Assembly: GCA_017536635.1 (NCBI GenBank)
Contig: JAFXHA010000070.1
Span: 5,826-69,825 of the forward strand
Length of the DNA: 64,000 bases
Reading direction: 5' to 3'
Source of the DNA: Clostridia bacterium
GTDB taxonomy: Bacteria > Bacillota > Clostridia > Oscillospirales > CAG-272
The translations under genes were made by a program, and so were the position numbers. The notes below the pieces were generated by a model. It had not been told where the DNA came from and made no database searches. It worked only from the letters and a program-made list of their open reading frames with translations. Position 1 is the stretch's first letter. Each line of letters opens with the position of its first letter. This document shows positions 55,613 to 63,006 of this stretch, in pieces.

Positions 55613-56371
55613 ATGAATTCGGAGCAAAGAAAACAAAAAATACTCGACCTTCTTAAAGAAAATGACTCGGTAAGAGTTACCAATCTTTCTCGTATGTTTG
55701 GCGTAAGTGAGGTAACTGTTCGTACCTATCTTGAGGATATGGAAAAAAAGGGGCTTCTCTCTCGTGTACACGGAGGCGCGGTCAGTTCATATAAACCGTA
55801 TTACAGTATGAATCTCAATCAACGCCTTGAAACAAACCAAACGGCAAAGGTTGCTATAGCTGAACGGGTTGCAGAGCTTATTCAACCCAATGATACAGTC
55901 ATGCTCAATTCGGGAACAACTACGCTTCTCGTGTTTCGAAAATTTCCTGCCAACTATAGCCTGAACATCGTTACAAATTCTATATCTATTGCTCTTGAAG
56001 CGTCGGGGAATCCCAACTACAATGTGATTCTCGTTGGAGGATCTGTTAATACAAAGTATCAGTTTACATACGGTAACGACGCAATATGTCAGATAAAAAA
56101 ATATCATGCCGATAAGCTTGTTCTGTCGGTAGACGGTATTTCCGCCGAGCATGGATTCACGACCTATTATGATAAGGAGGCCACCGTGGACGTTGCGATG
56201 ATGGAGCAATCCGAGTGTAGAATTATTGCCGCTGATCACTCTAAATTCGGGCATAGCGCATTTGCAAAGATAAAAGACCTTCAGGCAGTAGATTATATTG
56301 TTACAAACGCACAGCTATCCTCAAATCTTGCCGAAAAGCTAAATGAAAACGGGGTTACGGTATTGTTGTAA
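55613..56371 (+). CDS. DeoR family transcriptional regulator
   Basis: Start set at the ATG at 55613 (RBS aaggaga). It has N-terminal HTH RKQKILDLLKENDSVRVTNLSRMFGVSEVTVRTYLEDMEKKGLL and a DeoR C-terminal sensor domain. Confidence 0.85.
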   Translation: MNSEQRKQKILDLLKENDSVRVTNLSRMFGVSEVTVRTYLEDMEKKGLLSRVHGGAVSSYKPYYSMNLNQRLETNQTAKVAIAERVAELIQPNDTVMLNSGTTTLLVFRKFPANYSLNIVTNSISIALEASGNPNYNVILVGGSVNTKYQFTYGNDAICQIKKYHADKLVLSVDGISAEHGFTTYYDKEATVDVAMMEQSECRIIAADHSKFGHSAFAKIKDLQAVDYIVTNAQLSSNLAEKLNENGVTVLL

Positions 56372-56387
56372 TTCAATCATAGAACAA

Positions 56388-56418
56388 CAAAAAAGAGAGC
56401 CGAAGCTCTCTTTTTTTT
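56388..56418. terminator. Bidirectional terminator aaaagagagc-cgaa-gctctctttttttt (same hairpin recurs at 58769-58796)
   Basis: Perfect 7-bp GC-containing stem flanked by A- and T-runs. Confidence 0.75.
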
Positions 56419-56420
56419 GT

Positions 56421-56501
56421 TGGTGCGGGTAACAGGACTTGAGCCTTCACCGAGGAACCCCGACTAGAACCTGATGGTAACGTTACCTCGGTGAAAGGTT
56501 A
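56421..56501 (-). repeat. tRNA-Leu 3'-half-like repeat, copy 3 (hybrid)
   Basis: The minus strand reads taacctttcaccgaggtaacgttaccatcaggttctag...ctcaagtcctgttacccgcacca. It starts at the stop codon of the 714-aa lipoprotein gene. Confidence 0.65.
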
Positions 56502-58643
56502 GCCTTTTCCGTTGGGATACTCATTACTTTCCCATGATACTTCAAGTGGTGAAAACTCAATCTTTGTCTTGGGATTGTCCTCAAAATATTTCAAAATTTC
56601 TTCCTGTGTTACCTGTTTGCCGTCAATATAATATTCAGCATTCGGCTCTCCATCATTAACAATGCGCCAAAGCTCTTTTGTCCTTAATTCTGCGCCGTCA
56701 AAAGCAAGTTGATCTTCTCCGTATTCAAAGTTAACTCCGGTGTCATTCCAAGAATACGAACCGTCGGTATGCAAATTGTTTATTCCTCTAAATGTAAACG
56801 GATAAACGTAAACGCATCCCTCGTAATAACGCAAAATCAAGGTGTCTCCGCAATCGATCACGAGTTCGTTTATCGAGTCACCGTCAAGATCAACATATGC
56901 GTATCCTAAATTTTCGCATTCGCAAAGAGGAATGCCAGAGTAAGGCGTTGTGTAAGACGCAAGACCACTCAATGTTTGCTCGTACATTTCCATAGTGCGC
57001 TCGCTATCTGTATATTCTCGGCATTCACCCGTAATAGCATCTACAAATAATTCCTTATGTATAATAACGTTCTCCGGCGGTAGACTGTACGGGGGATCGG
57101 GTACGTGATTACGATATCCTTCCCACTGCCAAGAAATACGATATCCCTGTGTATCGCTATTAGGTTTTTCTAATATAACTATTTTGTGTAATATTTGTGT
57201 TCCTGCAGCACCCTCGCTCATTCCGTTTTCAATTTTCCAATAATTTGAAGCAATCTCACAGGCTTTTTCCGAAGATATCGGGTACTCACACGAAATATCA
57301 AGTGGAGAGAAGATCACTAATGTTCCGGATTTATGATAATCCAAAAATTCTTCTCTCGTGATCTGCTTGCCATCTACGTAAAATTCAAGGTTTTCATAAA
57401 AATCGAAGGGAGTTATATGTTTTATTCTGTATATTTCTTTGATATTTAGCGATTCTCCGTCAAATGTGATCTGATTTAATCCGTGAGTCCAATTTTCAGA
57501 TTCATAAGAATCACTCCAATAAAAAGAGCCGTCGGCATTTAAATTGTAGAAATTATTCTTATCAAAGCAATAGCTGAAAACCTTTCCGCCATAGTAGTGT
57601 AAAACGATATGATCTTTGTCGGGCGATTGAATAACGTACTCGTTGATCCCGTCCCCATCCAAATCCAGAATGGCTTTCGTAAGTAATTTACACTCATCTA
57701 TCCTTGCATTATTGCTTGGAAAGCGGCAGGCTTTCAGCTTGATCTCGCCCAAATGTTCATCAATAACGCAGATTTTATCATTGATCGCCGCTTCGTACAT
57801 TTCCATAGCGATCTCTGCTTCGGTATAAAGAGAAGTGAATGTCAGCTTGGCAGATACCATGGTTATATTACCCGCCTCGTCTGCATTGATAGGATTTCCG
57901 TATTGACGATCAAGCTCGGCTACTTCTTGTTCGGTAATGAAAACGGTGTTGTCATGGATGGTTTGGTATAATTTTCCGACAATCACTCCATTTTCTCTGA
58001 AAATATCATAGCCGTATGTACAAAGCTCAATCAAATGTCCGTTGGAAATCTCGAAAATGCTGTGATGATAAAGGTCGAGACCATCCGTCCTTACAACATG
58101 AATACGCCCCTCGGCATCAATCCAGTTTCGGAACGACCACCCCAAATCCCTCTTGATATAGCTTCCCAATAACGTGGGGATATCATTGATTAAAGAGTAT
58201 ACAGCGATGATCCTATACTCATCGGTTAGCAACACAAGCTCGTCCACGCCGTCACCGTTGAGGTCCTTTATGGCATATCCACATCCAAGCTTATAGTGTG
58301 GGGATAGACTATCCTCTTGCTCTCTGCTGGGATAAAATTGGTGGATCGAGGAATATAGCCTCAAAAATGATTCCTTTTCGCCCTCATCTTGAATACCAAG
58401 CTCAAATGCCAACGCTCTAGGATTTTGGTTTACAATAGGAATTTTCTCTACAATAAGACGGTATATTTCCAATACGGAGTCATAATTTGCACTTTTGGAA
58501 TTATTTGAAACATTATTTGAGATGTTTTCTGTAATTTCATTTTGATCTTGTTTGTTTGTATCTTGACTTATGTTTTCTTTACCGCAGGAAAATAATGATA
58601 ATATCATAATCAAGCAAAGCAAAAAAGCGATGTATTTTTTCAT
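56499..58643 (-). CDS. Large lipoprotein with internal duplication and DxDGD(G/S)xxE Ca-binding-like loops
   Basis: 714 aa with lipobox LFSCGKE and three D-L-(N/D)-G-D-(G/S) loops. Two modules of about 170 aa are homologous (EIAMEMYEAAIN... versus RTMEMYEQTLSG...). A TTGACA-17-TATACT promoter lies upstream. Confidence 0.7.
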   Translation of the reverse strand: MKKYIAFLLCLIMILSLFSCGKENISQDTNKQDQNEITENISNNVSNNSKSANYDSVLEIYRLIVEKIPIVNQNPRALAFELGIQDEGEKESFLRLYSSIHQFYPSREQEDSLSPHYKLGCGYAIKDLNGDGVDELVLLTDEYRIIAVYSLINDIPTLLGSYIKRDLGWSFRNWIDAEGRIHVVRTDGLDLYHHSIFEISNGHLIELCTYGYDIFRENGVIVGKLYQTIHDNTVFITEQEVAELDRQYGNPINADEAGNITMVSAKLTFTSLYTEAEIAMEMYEAAINDKICVIDEHLGEIKLKACRFPSNNARIDECKLLTKAILDLDGDGINEYVIQSPDKDHIVLHYYGGKVFSYCFDKNNFYNLNADGSFYWSDSYESENWTHGLNQITFDGESLNIKEIYRIKHITPFDFYENLEFYVDGKQITREEFLDYHKSGTLVIFSPLDISCEYPISSEKACEIASNYWKIENGMSEGAAGTQILHKIVILEKPNSDTQGYRISWQWEGYRNHVPDPPYSLPPENVIIHKELFVDAITGECREYTDSERTMEMYEQTLSGLASYTTPYSGIPLCECENLGYAYVDLDGDSINELVIDCGDTLILRYYEGCVYVYPFTFRGINNLHTDGSYSWNDTGVNFEYGEDQLAFDGAELRTKELWRIVNDGEPNAEYYIDGKQVTQEEILKYFEDNPKTKIEFSPLEVSWESNEYPNGKG

Positions 58644-58798
58644 TTATAATCTCCAAATTTATATTGATAAAACAAGTATAGCATACGCTAAAAAGTGTGT
58701 CAATAAGGTGGGGAAAAGATTTTTTAGAAGGCACTTTTTGACGAGAAAGTGGTGTAAAAAAACTAAAACAAAAAGAGAGCCGAAGCTCTCTTTTTTGT

Positions 58799-59063
58799 TG
58801 GTGCGGGTAACAGGACTTGCGAACCTCGCTTTGCGCCGGCGTATATTTGTTGATGAAAATAATTTGTGCGCAAAGCAATCCAACTCTGCGAGTTGGAGAG
58901 GTTCAGCGTCTATAAACTCGATCAAAAAATAAATAGACGGCAAAAGCCGTCTATCTCTTTTTGGTGCGGGTAACAGGACTTGAACCTGCACCTCCTTGCA
59001 AAGACTAGAACCTGATGGTTGTGTCACTTTAGCGACACGTCATCATACTCGGTGAAAGGTTTA
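58799..59063 (-). repeat. Composite repeat block: T2 element (58799-58923) + terminator (58933-58962) + tRNA-Leu 3'-half copy 4 (58962-59063)
   Basis: The first roughly 190 bp of this block (58799 to about 58990) appears about 95% identical by eye to the corresponding part of 60354-60602. The two diverge at the variable arm and anticodon loop. Confidence 0.75.
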
Positions 59064-59228
59064 GTCTTTTCCGTCGGGATATTTGCTTACTGAGATCTCT
59101 CCCGTTTCAATATTTACCGAAGTAATTTCAAGATGCTCGTGATAGCTATTGATTGCCGCCTCATACATTTCCATAGCGATCTCGGACTCTGTAATATGTG
59201 TATCGGTGGTATCGTTTGCGCGATCCTT
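59061..59228 (-). pseudogene. Remnant of a paralog of the 714-aa lipoprotein gene (internal + C-terminal fragment, no start)
   Basis: The minus-strand frame reads KDRANDTTDTHITESEIAMEMYEAAINSYHEHLEITSVNIETGEISVSKYPDGKD*. Compare EAEIAMEMYEAAINDK... and the C-terminal ...EYPNGKG* of 56499..58643. An upstream in-frame TAG is present, and no ATG with an RBS. Confidence 0.65.
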
Positions 59229-59302
59229 CTAAATCTAGTCAGAAGGGGGATTCTCGTTTTGTGACGGAGCATAGGTGGAAAAAACGGTGTGTTACAATAT
59301 CA

Positions 59303-60151
59303 TTAAAGTTTTTCAAAAAAAGCCCTGGTTTTCCCGTAAAGATCAAAGGAATGCCACGCGATGGCAATGTTTTCATTGTAATTTATATAAAGACATTGCC
59401 CCCTCATTCCGCCTTTTGCATAGCCTTTTCCTTTTTTACTGAATTCATAACCGCGATCCAGTACAAGGTCGATCCATTCTTGTGATAGGATTCTTTCTCC
59501 GTTCCATAAGCCGTTATTCAAATAAATACGCCCAAGCTTTACTACGTCCTCTGTGCGCAAATAAAGTCCGGTTGCTCCAACAGGATAGTTTTTAGGGCAT
59601 TTTGACCACGCAACTTCACGACAGCATATTTTATTAAAAAGACGATCCATAAGAAACTCATCAAGCTTCTCACCGCATATTTTGGTTACAATACGGGAAA
59701 TAAGATAGTATGCGGCATCCGAATAAACCCTGATCGTTCCCGGATCATACGTTAACTCGTGGTCAAGTACAATAAATAGAAAATCATCCGTAGGGTAGGT
59801 TGTAATGTCTTCTGTGTCAATATCGAGAAAGCCTTTGGAAAAGCCAATTTCATGACGCAAAACATGATCGATCGTAACATGTTCCCATTTTTTTTGAGGA
59901 ATTCCATACTGCTTTAGCTCATCAGCAAAAATATCCGCGATCGTTGTATTTGTTGAGAGCTTCTTTTCGTCAAAAAGCATTCCAATTGCCGTTACGCAGA
60001 AAACCTTGGCGACTGAATAACAGTTTTGGCAAGGATTTGCCGGTATTCTTTCAAGAGTCTCGATTCCTTTTTCTGTAGAAACACTAAAACAGTATGTATT
60101 TATATCATCTTTTTGGGCAATATTATTAAGCTTTGTCAGTATATCTAACAT
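59303..60151 (-). CDS. Serine hydrolase (class-C beta-lactamase/PBP-like family)
   Basis: Start set at the ATG at 60151 (ggaga upstream). S-x-x-K motif is in CYSVAKVF, and a YSDAAY motif follows. Confidence 0.65.
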   Translation of the reverse strand: MLDILTKLNNIAQKDDINTYCFSVSTEKGIETLERIPANPCQNCYSVAKVFCVTAIGMLFDEKKLSTNTTIADIFADELKQYGIPQKKWEHVTIDHVLRHEIGFSKGFLDIDTEDITTYPTDDFLFIVLDHELTYDPGTIRVYSDAAYYLISRIVTKICGEKLDEFLMDRLFNKICCREVAWSKCPKNYPVGATGLYLRTEDVVKLGRIYLNNGLWNGERILSQEWIDLVLDRGYEFSKKGKGYAKGGMRGQCLYINYNENIAIAWHSFDLYGKTRAFFEKL

Positions 60152-60353
60152 TTTTTCTCCAATCAAGTAAGTGTGATTATTGTATCGATGTGGCAGAGAT
60201 GCTTTTTATCATTTATAGTATAGCATAAAAGAAAGGAAAAAGCAAGGGAAATGCGCAAACATTGCCTGCTACCAACTTCTTGCGTTGGGAAATTTCTGCG
60301 AGCCGATCACTCAGACCAAAACAATAGGGACGGCTTTGTCGTCCCTATTGTTT

Positions 60354-60516
60354 TGGTGCGGGTAACAGGATTTGCGAACCTCGCTTTGCGCCGGCGTATA
60401 TTTGTTGATAAAAATAATTTGTGCGCAAAGCAATCCAACTCTGCGAGTTGGAGAGGTTCAGCGTCTATAAGCTCGGTCAAAAAAGAAATAGACAGCAAAA
60501 GCCGTCTATCTCTTTT
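60354..60516 (-). repeat. T2 element (60354-60478) + terminator (60488-60516) immediately 3' of tRNA-Leu
   Basis: Near-identical to 58799-58962. The T2 3' end (minus strand) ...ggttcgcaaatcctgttacccgcacca repeats the last 17 nt of the tRNA including CCA. Confidence 0.75.
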
Positions 60517-60602
60517 TGGTGCGGGTAACAGGACTTGAACCTGCACGAAGTTGCCTCACTAGAACCTGAATCTAGCGCGTCTGCCAATTCCGCCATACCC
60601 GC
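60517..60602 (-). tRNA. tRNA-Leu (anticodon CAG), CCA-encoded
   Basis: The 86-nt minus-strand sequence folds by hand into a class-II cloverleaf. It has acceptor stem gcgggta/tacccgc, a 3-bp D stem, anticodon stem ctaga/tctag with loop ttCAGgt, a 14-nt variable arm, T arm gcagg-ttcaagt-cctgt and a final ACCA. Confidence 0.9.
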
Positions 60603-60826
60603 GAATGAAGTGAGCGTGGTATGGCGATGCCCAAAGAACGTCCTCGTTCTTTGCTTGTGCGTAGCACAAAGATACCCGCATATGAAGTAATAGGTAAGAG
60701 TGAATAGTGAAGAAGTCGCTCTCGCTATTACGTTTTGTCCTTTAATTTTTACACGGAGCGAGGTCTCCGAAGCAGAGCTTGCTTTCAAATGAATTTTACT
60801 GTTCAGCTTATTCTGCGTACCTTAAT

Positions 60827-60855
60827 ATGATACAACATTTTTTAATGTTTGTCAA
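60827..60855 (-). promoter_or_regulatory. Promoter TTGACA-17-TATCAT, about 220 nt upstream of tRNA-Leu
   Basis: The minus strand reads ttgaca aacattaaaaaatgttg tatcat. It sits just downstream of the hom terminator ccccttgacg-taaaaat-cgtcaagggg. Confidence 0.55.
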
Positions 60856-60906
60856 GACCTTTTTAGAAATCCCCTTGACGATTTTTACGTCAAGGGGATC
60901 GTGTCA

Positions 60907-62109
60907 TTATAAAATTCTATAAGCTGAAACTGCTTTGTCCGAAAGCTTTGCCAAAAGTGCATTCGCGTCCTTTTCGCTCATAGGTGCATCGGTAACGCAT
61001 GCGGTCATTCCGTTTACAGCCTTCGTCTTGCACTCGGGCATTCCGCAGGGAACATCGCCCTCTACGACGAACATTCTTCTGCACTCGTAGCCCTCGAAGT
61101 CTGCAAGATCCTCCTCGGTCGCCTCTTCCCATACGATAGGCTTTGCCTCGAAATCCATATTCGCGATGATATCAATGATATCTGCCACGACAGCACTTGC
61201 GGTGGGAAGCTTTCCTGCGCCGGGGCCGTAGAACATTACCTCGCCGACCATATTAGCCGATACGAGAACGCCGTTGAAAACTCCGTCGATGGTGGACAGA
61301 GGATTGGACAGGGGAACCATGCGGGGAGAAACGAATGCAAATACCTTGCCGTCCTTTATCTCGGTATATCCGATGAGCTTTATAGTATATCCGAATTCCT
61401 TGGCGCACGCAACGTCCTCAAGCGTTATCTCGGTGATGCCCTTAGTGTATATGGCTTTGGGAGATATGAGCTTTCCCGAAGCGAGTGCGGAAAGAATTAC
61501 TATCTTTCTTGCGGCGTCGATGCCATCAACGTCAGCCGAGGGATTCGCCTCGGCATATCCGAGCTTCTGAGCCTCTGCGAGTACCTCGGAGAAATCCGAG
61601 CCCTTATCGCGCATAGATGTGAGTATATAGTTTGTGGTTCCGTTGAGGATACCGCATATTTTTGTAACCTTGTTCGACGAAAGGTCGTTGATAAGCGGTC
61701 TGATTATCGGGATACCGCCGCCAACGCTTGCTTCGAAAAGATATCTGACTCCGTGCTCTCTCGCGATAGCGCAGAGCTCCACGCCAAAGGTGGAGACTAC
61801 CTCTTTGTTAGAGGTAACAACGCTCTTGCCCGCCATAAGTGCCGCCTTGGTGAAATCATACGCGGGATGCGAGCCGCCCATCATCTCGGCAACGATAGAT
61901 ACCTCGCTGTCGTTAAGTATTATATTGAAATCGTGGACTATCTTATCCGCGAAGGGAGAATCGGGGAAATCACGAAGATCAAGGATATATTTGATATTGT
62001 ATTCCTTGCCCAAGCGCTCCTCGATTATAGCTTTATTTTCGGTAAGTACCTCGGCTGTTCCGCTTCCAACGACTCCGAAGCCGAGAATTGCAATGTTTAT
62101 CATAATCAA
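60907..62109 (-). CDS. hom: Homoserine dehydrogenase
   Basis: 400 aa with an N-terminal GFGVVGSG Rossmann motif, the central block NGTTNYILT and a C-terminal ACT-like region. Confidence 0.85.
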   Translation of the reverse strand: MIMINIAILGFGVVGSGTAEVLTENKAIIEERLGKEYNIKYILDLRDFPDSPFADKIVHDFNIILNDSEVSIVAEMMGGSHPAYDFTKAALMAGKSVVTSNKEVVSTFGVELCAIAREHGVRYLFEASVGGGIPIIRPLINDLSSNKVTKICGILNGTTNYILTSMRDKGSDFSEVLAEAQKLGYAEANPSADVDGIDAARKIVILSALASGKLISPKAIYTKGITEITLEDVACAKEFGYTIKLIGYTEIKDGKVFAFVSPRMVPLSNPLSTIDGVFNGVLVSANMVGEVMFYGPGAGKLPTASAVVADIIDIIANMDFEAKPIVWEEATEEDLADFEGYECRRMFVVEGDVPCGMPECKTKAVNGMTACVTDAPMSEKDANALLAKLSDKAVSAYRIL

Positions 62110-62237
62110 AAACCTTTCGCAAAAATTAAACTTATATTATATAATAACACATTTTACGATAAATTGCAAATAAATATTGAAAAAAAATATAAAATATGTT
62201 AAAATGTTTTTTAAGGAAAGAAAAAGGGAGAAAAACT

Positions 62238-62783
62238 ATGGGTTCTCATATAGGAAGTATTACCAACGTAAAGATATTCGTTCTGTATCTTATGGAAAAT
62301 ATAAATTATCCGCTTGACTTTATCACTATCAATGATATAGTTATGCAAACGGATTACGTTATGTATCTGGATTTTGCAGAGGCGTTCAACTCGATGCTTG
62401 ACGGCGGACTTGTTGAAAAGCTGGTCGAGGACGGAGAAGAGAAGTACCGTGTTACCGACAAGGGTGCGATCGTTGCGCGCGAGCTCAAGAGCGACATCAT
62501 CAAGAGTATCCTTGATCAGTCTCTTGCCGCGGCGTTCAGATATCTTGATTTTAAGAAACGCGGAATATCTATAAAATGCACGGTCGAGAAGAACGAGGCG
62601 GGAAAATATGACGTTTGCTGTACCTTCCACGAGCGCGGGGTGTGCATTTTTAAGCAATTCGTTACCGTTGATACGCTTCAGCGTGCCAATGCAATGAAGG
62701 AAAACTTTTACGAGCGTCCCGAGGCAATATTCAGGGGTGTGCACGCATTGCTCGCAGGAAACGTGAATTATCTTTTTAACTAA
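62238..62783 (+). CDS. DUF4364-like protein
   Basis: Start set at the ATG at 62238 (RBS agggag). The sequence resembles the small Clostridial family usually annotated DUF4364. This is from memory only. Confidence 0.5.
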   Translation: MGSHIGSITNVKIFVLYLMENINYPLDFITINDIVMQTDYVMYLDFAEAFNSMLDGGLVEKLVEDGEEKYRVTDKGAIVARELKSDIIKSILDQSLAAAFRYLDFKKRGISIKCTVEKNEAGKYDVCCTFHERGVCIFKQFVTVDTLQRANAMKENFYERPEAIFRGVHALLAGNVNYLFN

Positions 62784-62938
62784 ATCAATGATCAAGGACC
62801 GAGGGCTTTTACCGTGTTTTTATATTGGAGCATAAAAATATGGTGATATCTTACAAAAGCCCTCGTCTTTTTATGTTTAAAAACACAAGCAGGTGAGATT
62901 TTTGTCGAAAAAACACAAAAAATATTTCAAAAAAACTA

Positions 62939-62966
62939 TTGACAATGTGCAAAATAATGATATAAT
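62939..62966 (+). promoter_or_regulatory. Promoter TTGACA-16-TATAAT for the sigma factor gene
   Basis: ttgaca at 62939-62944 and tataat at 62961-62966. Confidence 0.6.
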
Positions 62967-63006
62967 TAAATTACGAAATGCAGTTGCCGAAAAGGTCGGG
63001 GGTAGA

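Noticed and set aside
42301-60602. Whether the repeated terminator plus tRNA-half modules could be a CRISPR array, an integron, or split tRNA genes.
   Set aside because: CRISPR: the repeats are 80-260 bp and kilobases apart, with whole operons between them and no cas genes. Integron: there is no intI, the cassettes carry their own promoters and regulators, and some are multi-gene. Split tRNA: no matching 5' halves (gcgggtatggcgg...gcgctagatt) occur in the window, and the acceptor 5' strand is absent. Integration or recombination scars remain the simplest reading.
42301-60602. Calling the region a prophage, ICE or other active mobile element.
   Set aside because: I could recognise no integrase, recombinase, transposase, relaxase, or phage structural or replication genes in any frame. 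I therefore report only repeats, not a mobile_element feature.
60477-60788. 103-aa minus-strand ORF containing AELADALDSGS.
   Set aside because: It is a translation through tRNA-Leu and its leader. AELADA... is the familiar artefact of reading a tRNA-Leu gene as protein.
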